Positions 8,039-17,547 of a stretch of DNA of 29,017 nucleotides are shown one piece after another. The notes under the pieces are model-generated. The model had not been told where the DNA came from. It saw nothing but the letters and a program-made list of their open reading frames with translations, and did no database searches. A program made the position numbers and the translations under genes. The stretch covers positions 1-29,017 of the IMG/VR virus record IMGVR_UViG_3300017766_003568; one strand, given 5' to 3'. This DNA is from a virus (lineage: Duplodnaviria > Caudoviricetes). Each line of letters opens with the position of its first letter. Position 1 is the first letter of the stretch.

Positions 8039-9039
8039 AATTAAAAAGAGCGGTAGTGTTAAAGCATCTTCCAAATAATTCTGATTTTGGAAAAAGATCT
8101 GTTGGTTATTACAGAGTTAAAGATGCTCTTGGAATAGAATGTTTAGTAGAACACACATCTCCTTATTATGATCGAACATCTGGATTTGTTGCGTTGCCTC
8201 CTGAGAACGCTCAAATTTTAATTTGCCAAACAGATGATCCTGTTCAAAAAAATGTTTGGTTTTATCTTTCTACGATAGTCACACCTCAACCGGGGGAAAG
8301 ATTTGGTGATGGTCCAAGAGTAGAGTACCCAATAGGAAAGACAATAGGGAGATTAGGCGTTCCTCAGGCAATAGGTTTAATAGGTCCCGGAGATCACAGT
8401 CTTGAATTAAAACATGATATAAACCAAGACAAGATGGACTCTGGTGTTTATTTAAAAACTTCTGCGGGGAAATTAATAAGGCTGGAAGACGGTCCTGATA
8501 AAAATAATATAGTAATAAAAACTCCAGAAAGTCCTTTAGGTAGTGTAGCTTCAATTGAAATTCAAGAACGGTCGCCTCAAGGGTCAACTAAATCAGCTTA
8601 TTCAGTTTCTATATATGCCACAGGCTCAATAAATTTAATAACCAAGGAATCAAATATAAATATGGAGGTTATTGATGGTGGGAGGGTTGATATAATTAAC
8701 AGATCTTCTGGGCTTATGAGAACCAGCCCAACAGATCCTACTTGTGGATCAATAAATATTAAATCTACGAATGGTGATATAAATATAGTAGCTGGACCAG
8801 AAATTGATCCTCTTACGGGAGCACCGTTAGTGGTAAGTCCAGCGGCAGCAATATCTTCTGTAAATATTAGTGCCGTAGGTTCTCCTACAACTAGCCTAAA
8901 TATACATACAGACGGGATTTTAAATTTAAGCGGTAAATCAGGAGTTCACATCAGTGGGGGCGATTTAAGATTTGGAATAACATCCATAGCCCCTGTATTG
9001 GTGGATGGAGTTAGTATAGATTTAAACACAGCAGGCTGA
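8035..9039 (+). CDS. Baseplate central spike (gp5/gpV/VgrG-like): OB fold plus beta-helix
   Basis: TSPYY..SGFVALPPENAQILI...WFYLSTI is an OB-fold pattern. It is followed by short beta repeats (GSINLIT, GRVDII, GSINIKSTNGDINIVA, GILNLSGKSGVHISG) and a terminal IDLN. Confidence 0.75.
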   Translation: MKLKRAVVLKHLPNNSDFGKRSVGYYRVKDALGIECLVEHTSPYYDRTSGFVALPPENAQILICQTDDPVQKNVWFYLSTIVTPQPGERFGDGPRVEYPIGKTIGRLGVPQAIGLIGPGDHSLELKHDINQDKMDSGVYLKTSAGKLIRLEDGPDKNNIVIKTPESPLGSVASIEIQERSPQGSTKSAYSVSIYATGSINLITKESNINMEVIDGGRVDIINRSSGLMRTSPTDPTCGSINIKSTNGDINIVAGPEIDPLTGAPLVVSPAAAISSVNISAVGSPTTSLNIHTDGILNLSGKSGVHISGGDLRFGITSIAPVLVDGVSIDLNTAG

Positions 9040-9043
9040 TTAA

Positions 9044-11662
9044 ATGGATTTAGCAGTAGCATCAAATATTCTAGGGGCAACTGAAGGTGATGCCCTCGGT
9101 GAGCTAGGATCGGCTTTTGGCGTTCCTCAGTGCATGTTGGAAATTGCTGGAAGTTTGGGTGCTCAACTTTTACCATCATCTTTTTTAGGTGCTCTTGTTT
9201 TGGCTATAGAAGAAGGAAAACAAGCAGCCCTTAATATGATCAGCGAAATAAAAGCAGCAATATTTAGAAAACTGGGAATTAGGGAGGATGCTGATTTTAC
9301 TTTAAAATCTATTTTTGGAGCAGGTACTTTACCAAATTTATTAGGGGATGTGACATCTCTTATTGGTTTTGCTGCTGGTCTTGGTGCAGTTCTAACAGAA
9401 AATTATGCTGCAATAGAAGGTGAAATAGCTGCTATAAAAGACTGCCTTAACCAATTATCCGCATTTCAAAAATTAAAAAATAGTTCTTTGTCTATACAGG
9501 CTAACGCCGACCCAGATTATGCAAATAGATTGTACGCTACAGAAATACAACAGTTGGATGATGCTAAAGATTTTATAGTTAAAGCTGATACAGCTATAGC
9601 AAATTTAAACGGCATATTATATCAGAGAAGTCTTAACCCTGATCTAGAGCCAGTATATATTGATCCATCATTATCTGCTTACAATAAGACTCAACCAACC
9701 ACGCCTACTGAACCTATTTTCCGTCTCGTGTTTGGACCACCTAAATCTAAAAAAGGGCAGTTTTTACTTTCTGTTGACGGATTATATTATGATTCTCAAA
9801 AGGGTGGAATTCCGAATGTATCTGGATTAGTGATACCAGAACAAAAATATAAATTTGAATATGATTCTAATAGGGGAGGTAAAGGCACTGCTGTATCTTT
9901 ACGAGAACTAAATAGATATTTTGGAACTGTTTTTGATTTAGAAAATATTAACGAAAGTCCTGCATTACTTGAACATTATAAAGCCGATCACTTCTTACAA
10001 GTATTAGAGGGGCAAAGAGACAAACATCTTTACGATACTTCTGCCCATATTCAACAAGTAATAAATGCGGGTAACTTGGAAGATTCAGCTATAGTCATTA
10101 ACATGCGCGAGAGTTTAAATTCTATCGCAGCTCAACATCAAAGTAAGATTAACAGAAGAAAGAAACAAATTGAAGTTGCAATAAGAACCCCATTCTTGTT
10201 AGGTAAAAATCCCTTATTCAATCTTGGAAAAGTTCCAGTAAATGATTTTACTTATCTTAAAGATTTAAATTTACCTGTTGCTTTGGAAAAACAAAAGAAA
10301 TTAATATTCCAACAAGGTGAAGTATCTGGCGTTGTTTTACCTATTGTACCTAAGTTTGTAAAAGCTAAAGAAGCAGTTAATGTTCCAATGATTGATCATT
10401 TGATTGTTCCTGAAGTTGGTAAAGGTGCAATCGTTTACGATAATGATTTGTCTGGAACACAAGGAACTGTAATGTCTTTGACAGATTCTATAGTTTCCGA
10501 TTCTTTATTAGCGATATACAACTTCTTGCAAGGGGAAACAGTTATTGCAGGATCTGATGAGTACAAAATACTTAATTGTGCGTCCAGCGGAAATAATGTA
10601 AATAATGCACAATTAGTTGGTTTAACACCTAGCGGTGTATATTCTAAAGGGTTGGGTATTCCTTATTTAACAGGAATAACAAAGTTGACTAACATCGGAA
10701 ATATATCCACATTTGGTAATTTTATTAGATTACCAAATACACAAGATTTCCAAAACCTTGCATACAAGAAAACTGGCTTTACTTTTGAATCTTGGGTTCA
10801 CTTGCCCTATGCAGGATCTGCTGCGGGATTTATTAATTCTAATGTTGGGTATGGATCTTCTTCTTTCCATAGAATATTATTAGCTTGTGAAAACACTGGA
10901 GGGGAGGATGATGGTCAGGATCCCGAAAGAGCACCTTTTGATAATTCAATCAATGTTGTGCGTGGTCTACTTGTAGGATTTACCAGAGACAGACAAATAA
11001 CAAGTGGTTTACAGCCTTCTTATAATTCAGCAGATAATCCAGCAGCAGATTCAGTTTTCTACATTGCACCAACAAGATCTGTTAACACTTCAAATGTTGG
11101 GTTTGTAAATTCTACACCAACATCTGAATGCATTGAGGGGTATGATGTATTAAAATTAACATTACCATTGTCATCAACCATTCCGGGAACATCGAAAAAA
11201 GTTTTTGATGTTTCTTCTGAATTTATGCATTTTGCAATATCTATAGATCCTGCTATGGATACAATAAGCATGTTTGTTGATGGCGAGCAAATGCGTTCAG
11301 CAAGTCTTAGTGATACATTTAATTTGCCTGTGGGTGCTTCTTTAAATGTCCCTTCTTTTACAAAACAAAATAGCTTTAGTTACTCGTTACAATCAACAGG
11401 ATCTCCAAACTTTAATTTAGGGCCATCAGTAGCTGCAAATAACTTTACTTCTTGGATTTTGGGGGGCGGGTTTACTGATGGAAATCAAGCTAATGTTGTT
11501 AATGGAAGAAACGGATTCATGGGTGCTAAACATGGGCTAAATTCTGGGTTGAACGGTTATGTAGGAAGTGTGAAATTCTACAGTAAACCTCTATCTAATG
11601 TAGAGGTTCGCGCAAATTACGATTCTCAAAAAGCATTCTTCAAAAATATAGATTTAATATAA
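9044..11662 (+). CDS. Virion structural protein with C-terminal LamG/concanavalin A-like domain
   Basis: GFTFESWVH, FMHFAISID..DTISMFVDGE, WILGGG and LNGYVGSVKFYSKPLSNVEVRANY are LamG-like. The N-terminal part is helical/coiled-coil. Confidence 0.75.
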   Translation: MDLAVASNILGATEGDALGELGSAFGVPQCMLEIAGSLGAQLLPSSFLGALVLAIEEGKQAALNMISEIKAAIFRKLGIREDADFTLKSIFGAGTLPNLLGDVTSLIGFAAGLGAVLTENYAAIEGEIAAIKDCLNQLSAFQKLKNSSLSIQANADPDYANRLYATEIQQLDDAKDFIVKADTAIANLNGILYQRSLNPDLEPVYIDPSLSAYNKTQPTTPTEPIFRLVFGPPKSKKGQFLLSVDGLYYDSQKGGIPNVSGLVIPEQKYKFEYDSNRGGKGTAVSLRELNRYFGTVFDLENINESPALLEHYKADHFLQVLEGQRDKHLYDTSAHIQQVINAGNLEDSAIVINMRESLNSIAAQHQSKINRRKKQIEVAIRTPFLLGKNPLFNLGKVPVNDFTYLKDLNLPVALEKQKKLIFQQGEVSGVVLPIVPKFVKAKEAVNVPMIDHLIVPEVGKGAIVYDNDLSGTQGTVMSLTDSIVSDSLLAIYNFLQGETVIAGSDEYKILNCASSGNNVNNAQLVGLTPSGVYSKGLGIPYLTGITKLTNIGNISTFGNFIRLPNTQDFQNLAYKKTGFTFESWVHLPYAGSAAGFINSNVGYGSSSFHRILLACENTGGEDDGQDPERAPFDNSINVVRGLLVGFTRDRQITSGLQPSYNSADNPAADSVFYIAPTRSVNTSNVGFVNSTPTSECIEGYDVLKLTLPLSSTIPGTSKKVFDVSSEFMHFAISIDPAMDTISMFVDGEQMRSASLSDTFNLPVGASLNVPSFTKQNSFSYSLQSTGSPNFNLGPSVAANNFTSWILGGGFTDGNQANVVNGRNGFMGAKHGLNSGLNGYVGSVKFYSKPLSNVEVRANYDSQKAFFKNIDLI

Positions 11663-11663
11663 A

Positions 11664-12131
11664 ATGGCGACAATATACGGAAAATCATTACCGCTGGAAC
11701 AAAAGCGACAAGTAAGATCAGAAAAGCCTAAAACATATGGCTTGAATTTCCCTATTGGAATAAAATTAAGAGAATCTAATTTTACCCGTGGTTATTTCTG
11801 TAAGGAATCTGGATTAAATTTAATTAAAGGAAATTTAAAACAATTGTTTGGTACTTTTCCGGGCGAGCGTGTGATGCTTCCTAAGTATGGTTTAGATCTT
11901 CGTCAGTTTTTATTTGAACCCCTAGATTCTGATTTATTTGATCAAATAAGAGAAAAAATTAGAGAAGCAATATCTATTAATTTTCCAACAATAGAAATAA
12001 TTAAGTTATCTGTAGTTTCTCTTGATGAAGTTAATTACACTGGTATTCCCGGATTAAAAATAACTTTAACATTTAGATTACGAGACGATGTAACTCAAGT
12101 TGGAGATGTAAGTATAAAGGTTGGTGTTTAA
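11664..12131 (+). CDS. Baseplate wedge subunit gp25-like (GPW/gp25 family)
   Basis: IKGNLKQLFGTFPGERVMLPKYGLDLRQFLFEPLD is the gp25 family signature. Confidence 0.92.
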   Translation: MATIYGKSLPLEQKRQVRSEKPKTYGLNFPIGIKLRESNFTRGYFCKESGLNLIKGNLKQLFGTFPGERVMLPKYGLDLRQFLFEPLDSDLFDQIREKIREAISINFPTIEIIKLSVVSLDEVNYTGIPGLKITLTFRLRDDVTQVGDVSIKVGV

Positions 12132-13708
12132 TGGTTTTTAATGGAAGAGTAAACTCTGATTTTTTAAAACTATCTGAGTATCCAGATAGCAATAAGCCTA
12201 CATTAATTAATTTTGCTGCAACAGATTTTGAAACTTTGCGAGATTCTTTAATTAAGTATATTCAAGCTGTTTATCCTTTAGAATATCAAAATTTTACGGA
12301 GTCTGACCTTGGAGTTATGTTAATTGAACTTGTAGCTTATATGGGTTCAGTAATGTCATTAAAAGCGGATATGTTAGCTCATGAAAATTATATTTCAACG
12401 GCTAAAAATAGAAACAATGTAAAAAAGTTGCTTGAGTTGTTAGGTGTCCGGATGAAAGGCCCTGTTTCTGCTGCTGCTAATGCGTCATTAACGCTTCCTG
12501 TGGCATCCGTATACGACCCAGTAGTTATTTCTCCACAATCAAGAGTATTTACAATAAATTCACCTGAAGATGGGGCACAGGTATCTTATACGCTTTATAA
12601 AACTTCAAACGGTCAAATAGAAGATATAAATTCTACAGCTACATTAGAATTATTCGGATCAGAATCTGATTCTCAAACAAGCACAGTATGGTCCAATTTA
12701 GTTTTGCTAGAAGGTACTTTGGTTTCACAGACTGGAGTATTTAATGATACTAATACAAATAAATTTGTGGTTTTAACAGAAAGCCCGATAACAGAAAAAA
12801 GCGTAAATGTTTTTATAGATACTAACGATGTAGCTGCATCAGGAGCATGGAGACAGGTTGATAATCTTTTCACTGTTTCTGGGGCGGGAGAAAATGTTTT
12901 TGAAGTTTCTTATGCTGATGATTTTTCCGCCACTGTATTGTTCGGTGATGGCGTGAATGGAATGGCAGTCCCAACGGGTGCTACTTATTTAATCACATAT
13001 AGAGTTGGTGGAGGAACAAGAGGAAATATTAACAATGAAGTTATTAATGTTTCTATTACCGATGAAAATAATCAGACTGCTGTAGTTGAAAATACTTCTG
13101 TTGCATCAGGAGGACGAGATGCAGAAACTGTTGATGAAGCCAAAAAATATGGCCCTTTAATATTCAAAACTCAAGATCGTTTAGTGACTGCTCAAGATTA
13201 TGCCACATTTGCTAATACTTTTGGTTCTACAATTGGAGCTACAGGAAAAGCCAAGGCAGTAGTAAGAGAGGCATATAGTTCTGCAAATATAATTGATATT
13301 TATATTCTTCAAGTTGCATCTAATCTTCAGTTACAACAAGCCACAGTACAATTTAAGGCAGACCTTCTCGCAGCAATAGAACCAAAGAAAATGCTAACCG
13401 ATGAAGTTGTAATCGTAGATGGTGTGATTAGAACTTTAGATTTGGTTGTAACTGTGAGAGTTGACAGATATCAGCTCCCTAACGAAGAAACCATTAAATC
13501 TAAAGTTAGAAATCTTCTTGTTAGTTATTTCAATGTTGGTAATACAGACTTTGGTAAGCCATTGATTTTAGCAGATTTGGTTCGTCAAATCATCACTGCA
13601 CCAGAAGTTAGATTTGCGACTATAGATAATCTTGATTCTGATGTTCATATTGATTTTAATGAAATTATACAATTAAACAACTTTACAATTAATGTAGTAG
13701 GTATCTGA
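12131..13708 (+). CDS. Baseplate wedge subunit gp6-like (baseplate J family)
   Basis: DFETLRDSLIKY...NFTESDLGVMLIELVAY, VLFGDGVNG..P, YRVGGGTRGN and GGRDAETVDEAK...QDRLVTAQDY. Confidence 0.92.
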   Translation: MVFNGRVNSDFLKLSEYPDSNKPTLINFAATDFETLRDSLIKYIQAVYPLEYQNFTESDLGVMLIELVAYMGSVMSLKADMLAHENYISTAKNRNNVKKLLELLGVRMKGPVSAAANASLTLPVASVYDPVVISPQSRVFTINSPEDGAQVSYTLYKTSNGQIEDINSTATLELFGSESDSQTSTVWSNLVLLEGTLVSQTGVFNDTNTNKFVVLTESPITEKSVNVFIDTNDVAASGAWRQVDNLFTVSGAGENVFEVSYADDFSATVLFGDGVNGMAVPTGATYLITYRVGGGTRGNINNEVINVSITDENNQTAVVENTSVASGGRDAETVDEAKKYGPLIFKTQDRLVTAQDYATFANTFGSTIGATGKAKAVVREAYSSANIIDIYILQVASNLQLQQATVQFKADLLAAIEPKKMLTDEVVIVDGVIRTLDLVVTVRVDRYQLPNEETIKSKVRNLLVSYFNVGNTDFGKPLILADLVRQIITAPEVRFATIDNLDSDVHIDFNEIIQLNNFTINVVGI

Positions 13709-16700
13709 TGAGTATTAAACTTAGTCAAGGAGGATCAGACAAAAATTTCTTCAAAAGAAGTTATGTTGATGTATTAAACATCCTAGTTCCTAAGATTTAT
13801 GGACAAGAGGATTTAAACTTATCTGGATTGCAATACTCTCCTTTAGATAACATAATAGAAAGTCATATAAACTTAGCCAAAAATATAAATTCAGTATTTA
13901 ATATTTCTGCTGTTGGAAAAGGCGAAGAATTTTCTACATTTTCAGGAACATCCCAATTTTTCATAAAGCAAAATAATATAACAAATATTAGCACTAAAGA
14001 ATTTGAAAAAAATATCTTAGCTCCATTACAGTTAAGTCTGAGAAATTTTTCTACTGAGAGTGCTTTTAGAAATTTTATAGAATCAGATCTTTTACCTAAT
14101 ATTAGACTTAACTCCCCTACTTACTTATTTGGGTTAGGTTCTGCATCGGCTGCACATGATTATTTGATAAACAATTTGTCTTGGTTGTATATCTTAAATA
14201 CATCAGCAAATGGTAATTTAGCATTTCAACCATCTACACTAGTAGCTGACAGATTTGTAAATAATGTATATTATGGGGGAACAATCACTCTAAATGAAGC
14301 CTTAAAGGATGTGACTACTTACATTTGGAAAAATTATAATGTTTGTTCTTTGTTTGGTTCAAAAGGATTAATTCCAACAACTTTCCTTAGTGGGACAGGG
14401 AAATATGTAAGTGGTACGCAACAACTAGATAAGTTACATACATTAATAGATGTTGTATACTCTCCTTTAGTTAGTGATTCAAAAGATAGTAGAGTTAGAG
14501 ATGCTTTTGACCTTTATTCATCTATACAATCTTTTGAAAAATCAACTGTTGCGGCTGGACCATTTACAAAATTTCTTACAGGCATAAGTTATTCAATATA
14601 TGACATTGATGATCAAGTAAATAAAATAAATTTACTATATGATATTGATAGATGTCCAGAGGAATTTTTACCTAGAATAGCAGATCTTATTTCTTGGGAT
14701 TTAATTGGAACTGATCCAGAAAAATGGAGAATTCAATTAAAGAATGCCGTTTCTATTTATAAAGCAAAAGGAACAAAAAAAGGTTTAGAATTAGTCCTTG
14801 AATCTACTTTTGGTCAAACATCCTTCAGTTTAAGCTCACAAATTGATGAACTTTATGAATCTTATATTCCTAATTTGTTATATTATTGTTTAGCTACTGA
14901 ATCTAGTTCTTTTCAGGGATTTAATACTTGGACCCCAGAAAAAGCTCAAGCATTAGGTATTTCTAATTATTCATATACTGATATGGATACTAACATTAGA
15001 TATGCTGTTGATAATATCATATACGAAGCATATTTGTTGTATCCACAAAACTTCTTCGTAGGTAATAAAAGTTTTGATCCTAATGGAAGGTACTTCTATA
15101 GAGATGTTATAAATGTAACTCCTCCATGGGAGCTAGAAAAGTATTATCGGTATTGTAGAATTGATAATCGACTCATTAATTATTTTGTTGATCGTTTATC
15201 CTGTTTTGGTGTTCCTGTTGATGTCATTCAAGGTTTTCAAAATTTAATATTAGAGAATACATTAGAAGCGAGTTCTGTACTATCAACAAATAACAACTGG
15301 TTAATATTCACCCCATCAAAAGTTTCACCTCCAAACAGAGATGATATTCTTTTAAACTTTAAAAAAGACAAAGTAAAATATTTAACTCTTTGGAGTGGTA
15401 AATCTTCATCCTTTAGTATATCTCTTGAATCTAGCTCGTTTACTTTTAATAAATATTCTACTCAAATATTTACTTCTGAAGGATTAAAAAATATATTTAA
15501 AGCAGTTTATGAATTTACTCCTGCTCACTCAATTCCATTAATTACAGTCAGTGTATCTGAGACTGATTACGCAGATTATCAAGATTATTCTTGTGCTCAA
15601 GTTCAATATAATGTTTCGGCAGATTTGTTTACCCCTTCGACATTAAATTCTGGATTCAATAGAATTGGTGCGAACATGAGTTCTTTAGGTAGAGTTTTTG
15701 GAAGAACTGAAGTTGATTCTTGGAATGACTTTTCAGGCACTCAAGCTCTTAGCGGTTTAGATAGAACTTCTGTTCGTAGAAGAAATTATAAGAATTTGCT
15801 ACCTAAATCGGGATGGTATGATCGCACGGGATTTAACATGCCGGGATATCTAGCACCGTCTACATTTACTAATTACAATAAATATTTACCTTTAGGGTAC
15901 ATTCCGTCATCGGGTAAGTTTACATCAATCGCTAGTTATGAATCTTGGTTGTTTGATACTTTAAGTTCTATAACAATTCCATCGGTATATGACAGGTGTG
16001 AAAATTTTACATCTAAAAATACTTATAATGGAATAGCAACATCTAGCACATTCCCTGTTAGAGGTGAATCATTAGACGAATCAACCTGTATTAGATATGC
16101 AACTCGGGGTGATTGTGACCCCATTATTCCATTAATACATTCTAAATTTTTACTGCGTGCAGAAGAATCTATAGCATCTTCTCTGTCCAATGGATCAGTG
16201 AATAATTTTTACGGATTGGATCCTAGCACATTTAATGTTATAACTTCTGTGGCTAATTCTAGCTTAGATACTAAACCAAATTATCAAAGAGATTTTTTTG
16301 ATTTTGAATTTGGGAGAGGCGTGCATAAATTATATTTAACTTATAGTAAAGATTTTGGATTTCACGATTTGAGTAGAGACTCAACACGAGATAATGGTGG
16401 GTTTAATATTTATTCCCATACTTTTGGCCCCGGTTTATTTAATGGTAATTTAACTGTAAATGGATCTGCTGTTAATACATTTCCTAATTTATTCACTCGC
16501 TCTTACGATACTAATTTTATATTAAATACCCAAACTATATTTAAATCTGGTGCAACAGCATCTGGAACTAGTTTAGTTACATCCAACACTATAGAAACTT
16601 TTGAATATAGAAATCGTCATTTACTAAGTGGAATAGAATTAATATCACCGTCAGCAACTTCAATCCTAAATGAATTCCAAATTTATCAAATTGATCCACA

Positions 16701-17547
16701 ATATCAAACAGAAGATACTGAAGATTTTGCAATAGACAATACTTTACTAAAAATAAAAACAGTATCAAATCCAAAAGGATTACATAGAGCAAAATTTAAT
16801 CTTTCCGCATATGGACCTACACCAAATAAATTAGTTCCTAACCATCAATTTACTCTAACTATTCCACACTTTATTGGAAGAAAATCTGGAACTAGATATG
16901 GTGGTGGAACTTTAGGTGTTTGGATTCATACTGAGCCAGAAAATAGTTATATATGGTCTTGGACTCCAGAAAATAAGTGGCAGATTAATCATACATCTTC
17001 AATAACGCCTACTTATGTTCAAGATAATCTTTTACATAAAAATACAATTAATTTAACTGATGTGGATTTGGAAACTATCGGAGCAGTTTGTGCTCAAGAA
17101 ATTCAAGCACTTGTTTCTCTACGGAATATTAATAAAGATTTATTTTCTAATTTTAACATAAATTTTAATACTTTAAATCGTTCAATTTGTATACCTAACT
17201 ATTATAATCAAGGGCAACCAGTACACAGATTGAATCAACAATATTCAATTGAGCTTATGATGATTCCTGATCCAACTCAAGAGACTTATATTTTAATTGA
17301 TAAGGTAAATTTACTAGATGATACTTTAAATGCTCTTTCTACGGGATACACAGAAGAGGAAATACAAAAAATATTCTTATTTTTTAGATCTTTGGCATTT
17401 GGGGTAGCATCTAGAAATTCTGTAGTTACAAGCGGATTGCTTTGTTCTAATGGTGGAAGCAGGTCCGAATATAGATATCACCCCAAGTTTGGAACTTACA
17501 CAGAAAATTCATCAAACGCTTATACAACAATAGATATAAAAAGATGA
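13708..17547 (+). CDS. Large baseplate wedge protein with P2 gpI/gp7-like domain
   Basis: LYDIDRCPEEFLPRIADLISWDL...WRIQLKNAVSIYKAKGTKKGLELVL and later IFKAVYEFTPAHS. It directly follows gp6 with a TGATG overlap. Confidence 0.78.
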   Translation: MSIKLSQGGSDKNFFKRSYVDVLNILVPKIYGQEDLNLSGLQYSPLDNIIESHINLAKNINSVFNISAVGKGEEFSTFSGTSQFFIKQNNITNISTKEFEKNILAPLQLSLRNFSTESAFRNFIESDLLPNIRLNSPTYLFGLGSASAAHDYLINNLSWLYILNTSANGNLAFQPSTLVADRFVNNVYYGGTITLNEALKDVTTYIWKNYNVCSLFGSKGLIPTTFLSGTGKYVSGTQQLDKLHTLIDVVYSPLVSDSKDSRVRDAFDLYSSIQSFEKSTVAAGPFTKFLTGISYSIYDIDDQVNKINLLYDIDRCPEEFLPRIADLISWDLIGTDPEKWRIQLKNAVSIYKAKGTKKGLELVLESTFGQTSFSLSSQIDELYESYIPNLLYYCLATESSSFQGFNTWTPEKAQALGISNYSYTDMDTNIRYAVDNIIYEAYLLYPQNFFVGNKSFDPNGRYFYRDVINVTPPWELEKYYRYCRIDNRLINYFVDRLSCFGVPVDVIQGFQNLILENTLEASSVLSTNNNWLIFTPSKVSPPNRDDILLNFKKDKVKYLTLWSGKSSSFSISLESSSFTFNKYSTQIFTSEGLKNIFKAVYEFTPAHSIPLITVSVSETDYADYQDYSCAQVQYNVSADLFTPSTLNSGFNRIGANMSSLGRVFGRTEVDSWNDFSGTQALSGLDRTSVRRRNYKNLLPKSGWYDRTGFNMPGYLAPSTFTNYNKYLPLGYIPSSGKFTSIASYESWLFDTLSSITIPSVYDRCENFTSKNTYNGIATSSTFPVRGESLDESTCIRYATRGDCDPIIPLIHSKFLLRAEESIASSLSNGSVNNFYGLDPSTFNVITSVANSSLDTKPNYQRDFFDFEFGRGVHKLYLTYSKDFGFHDLSRDSTRDNGGFNIYSHTFGPGLFNGNLTVNGSAVNTFPNLFTRSYDTNFILNTQTIFKSGATASGTSLVTSNTIETFEYRNRHLLSGIELISPSATSILNEFQIYQIDPQYQTEDTEDFAIDNTLLKIKTVSNPKGLHRAKFNLSAYGPTPNKLVPNHQFTLTIPHFIGRKSGTRYGGGTLGVWIHTEPENSYIWSWTPENKWQINHTSSITPTYVQDNLLHKNTINLTDVDLETIGAVCAQEIQALVSLRNINKDLFSNFNINFNTLNRSICIPNYYNQGQPVHRLNQQYSIELMMIPDPTQETYILIDKVNLLDDTLNALSTGYTEEEIQKIFLFFRSLAFGVASRNSVVTSGLLCSNGGSRSEYRYHPKFGTYTENSSNAYTTIDIKR

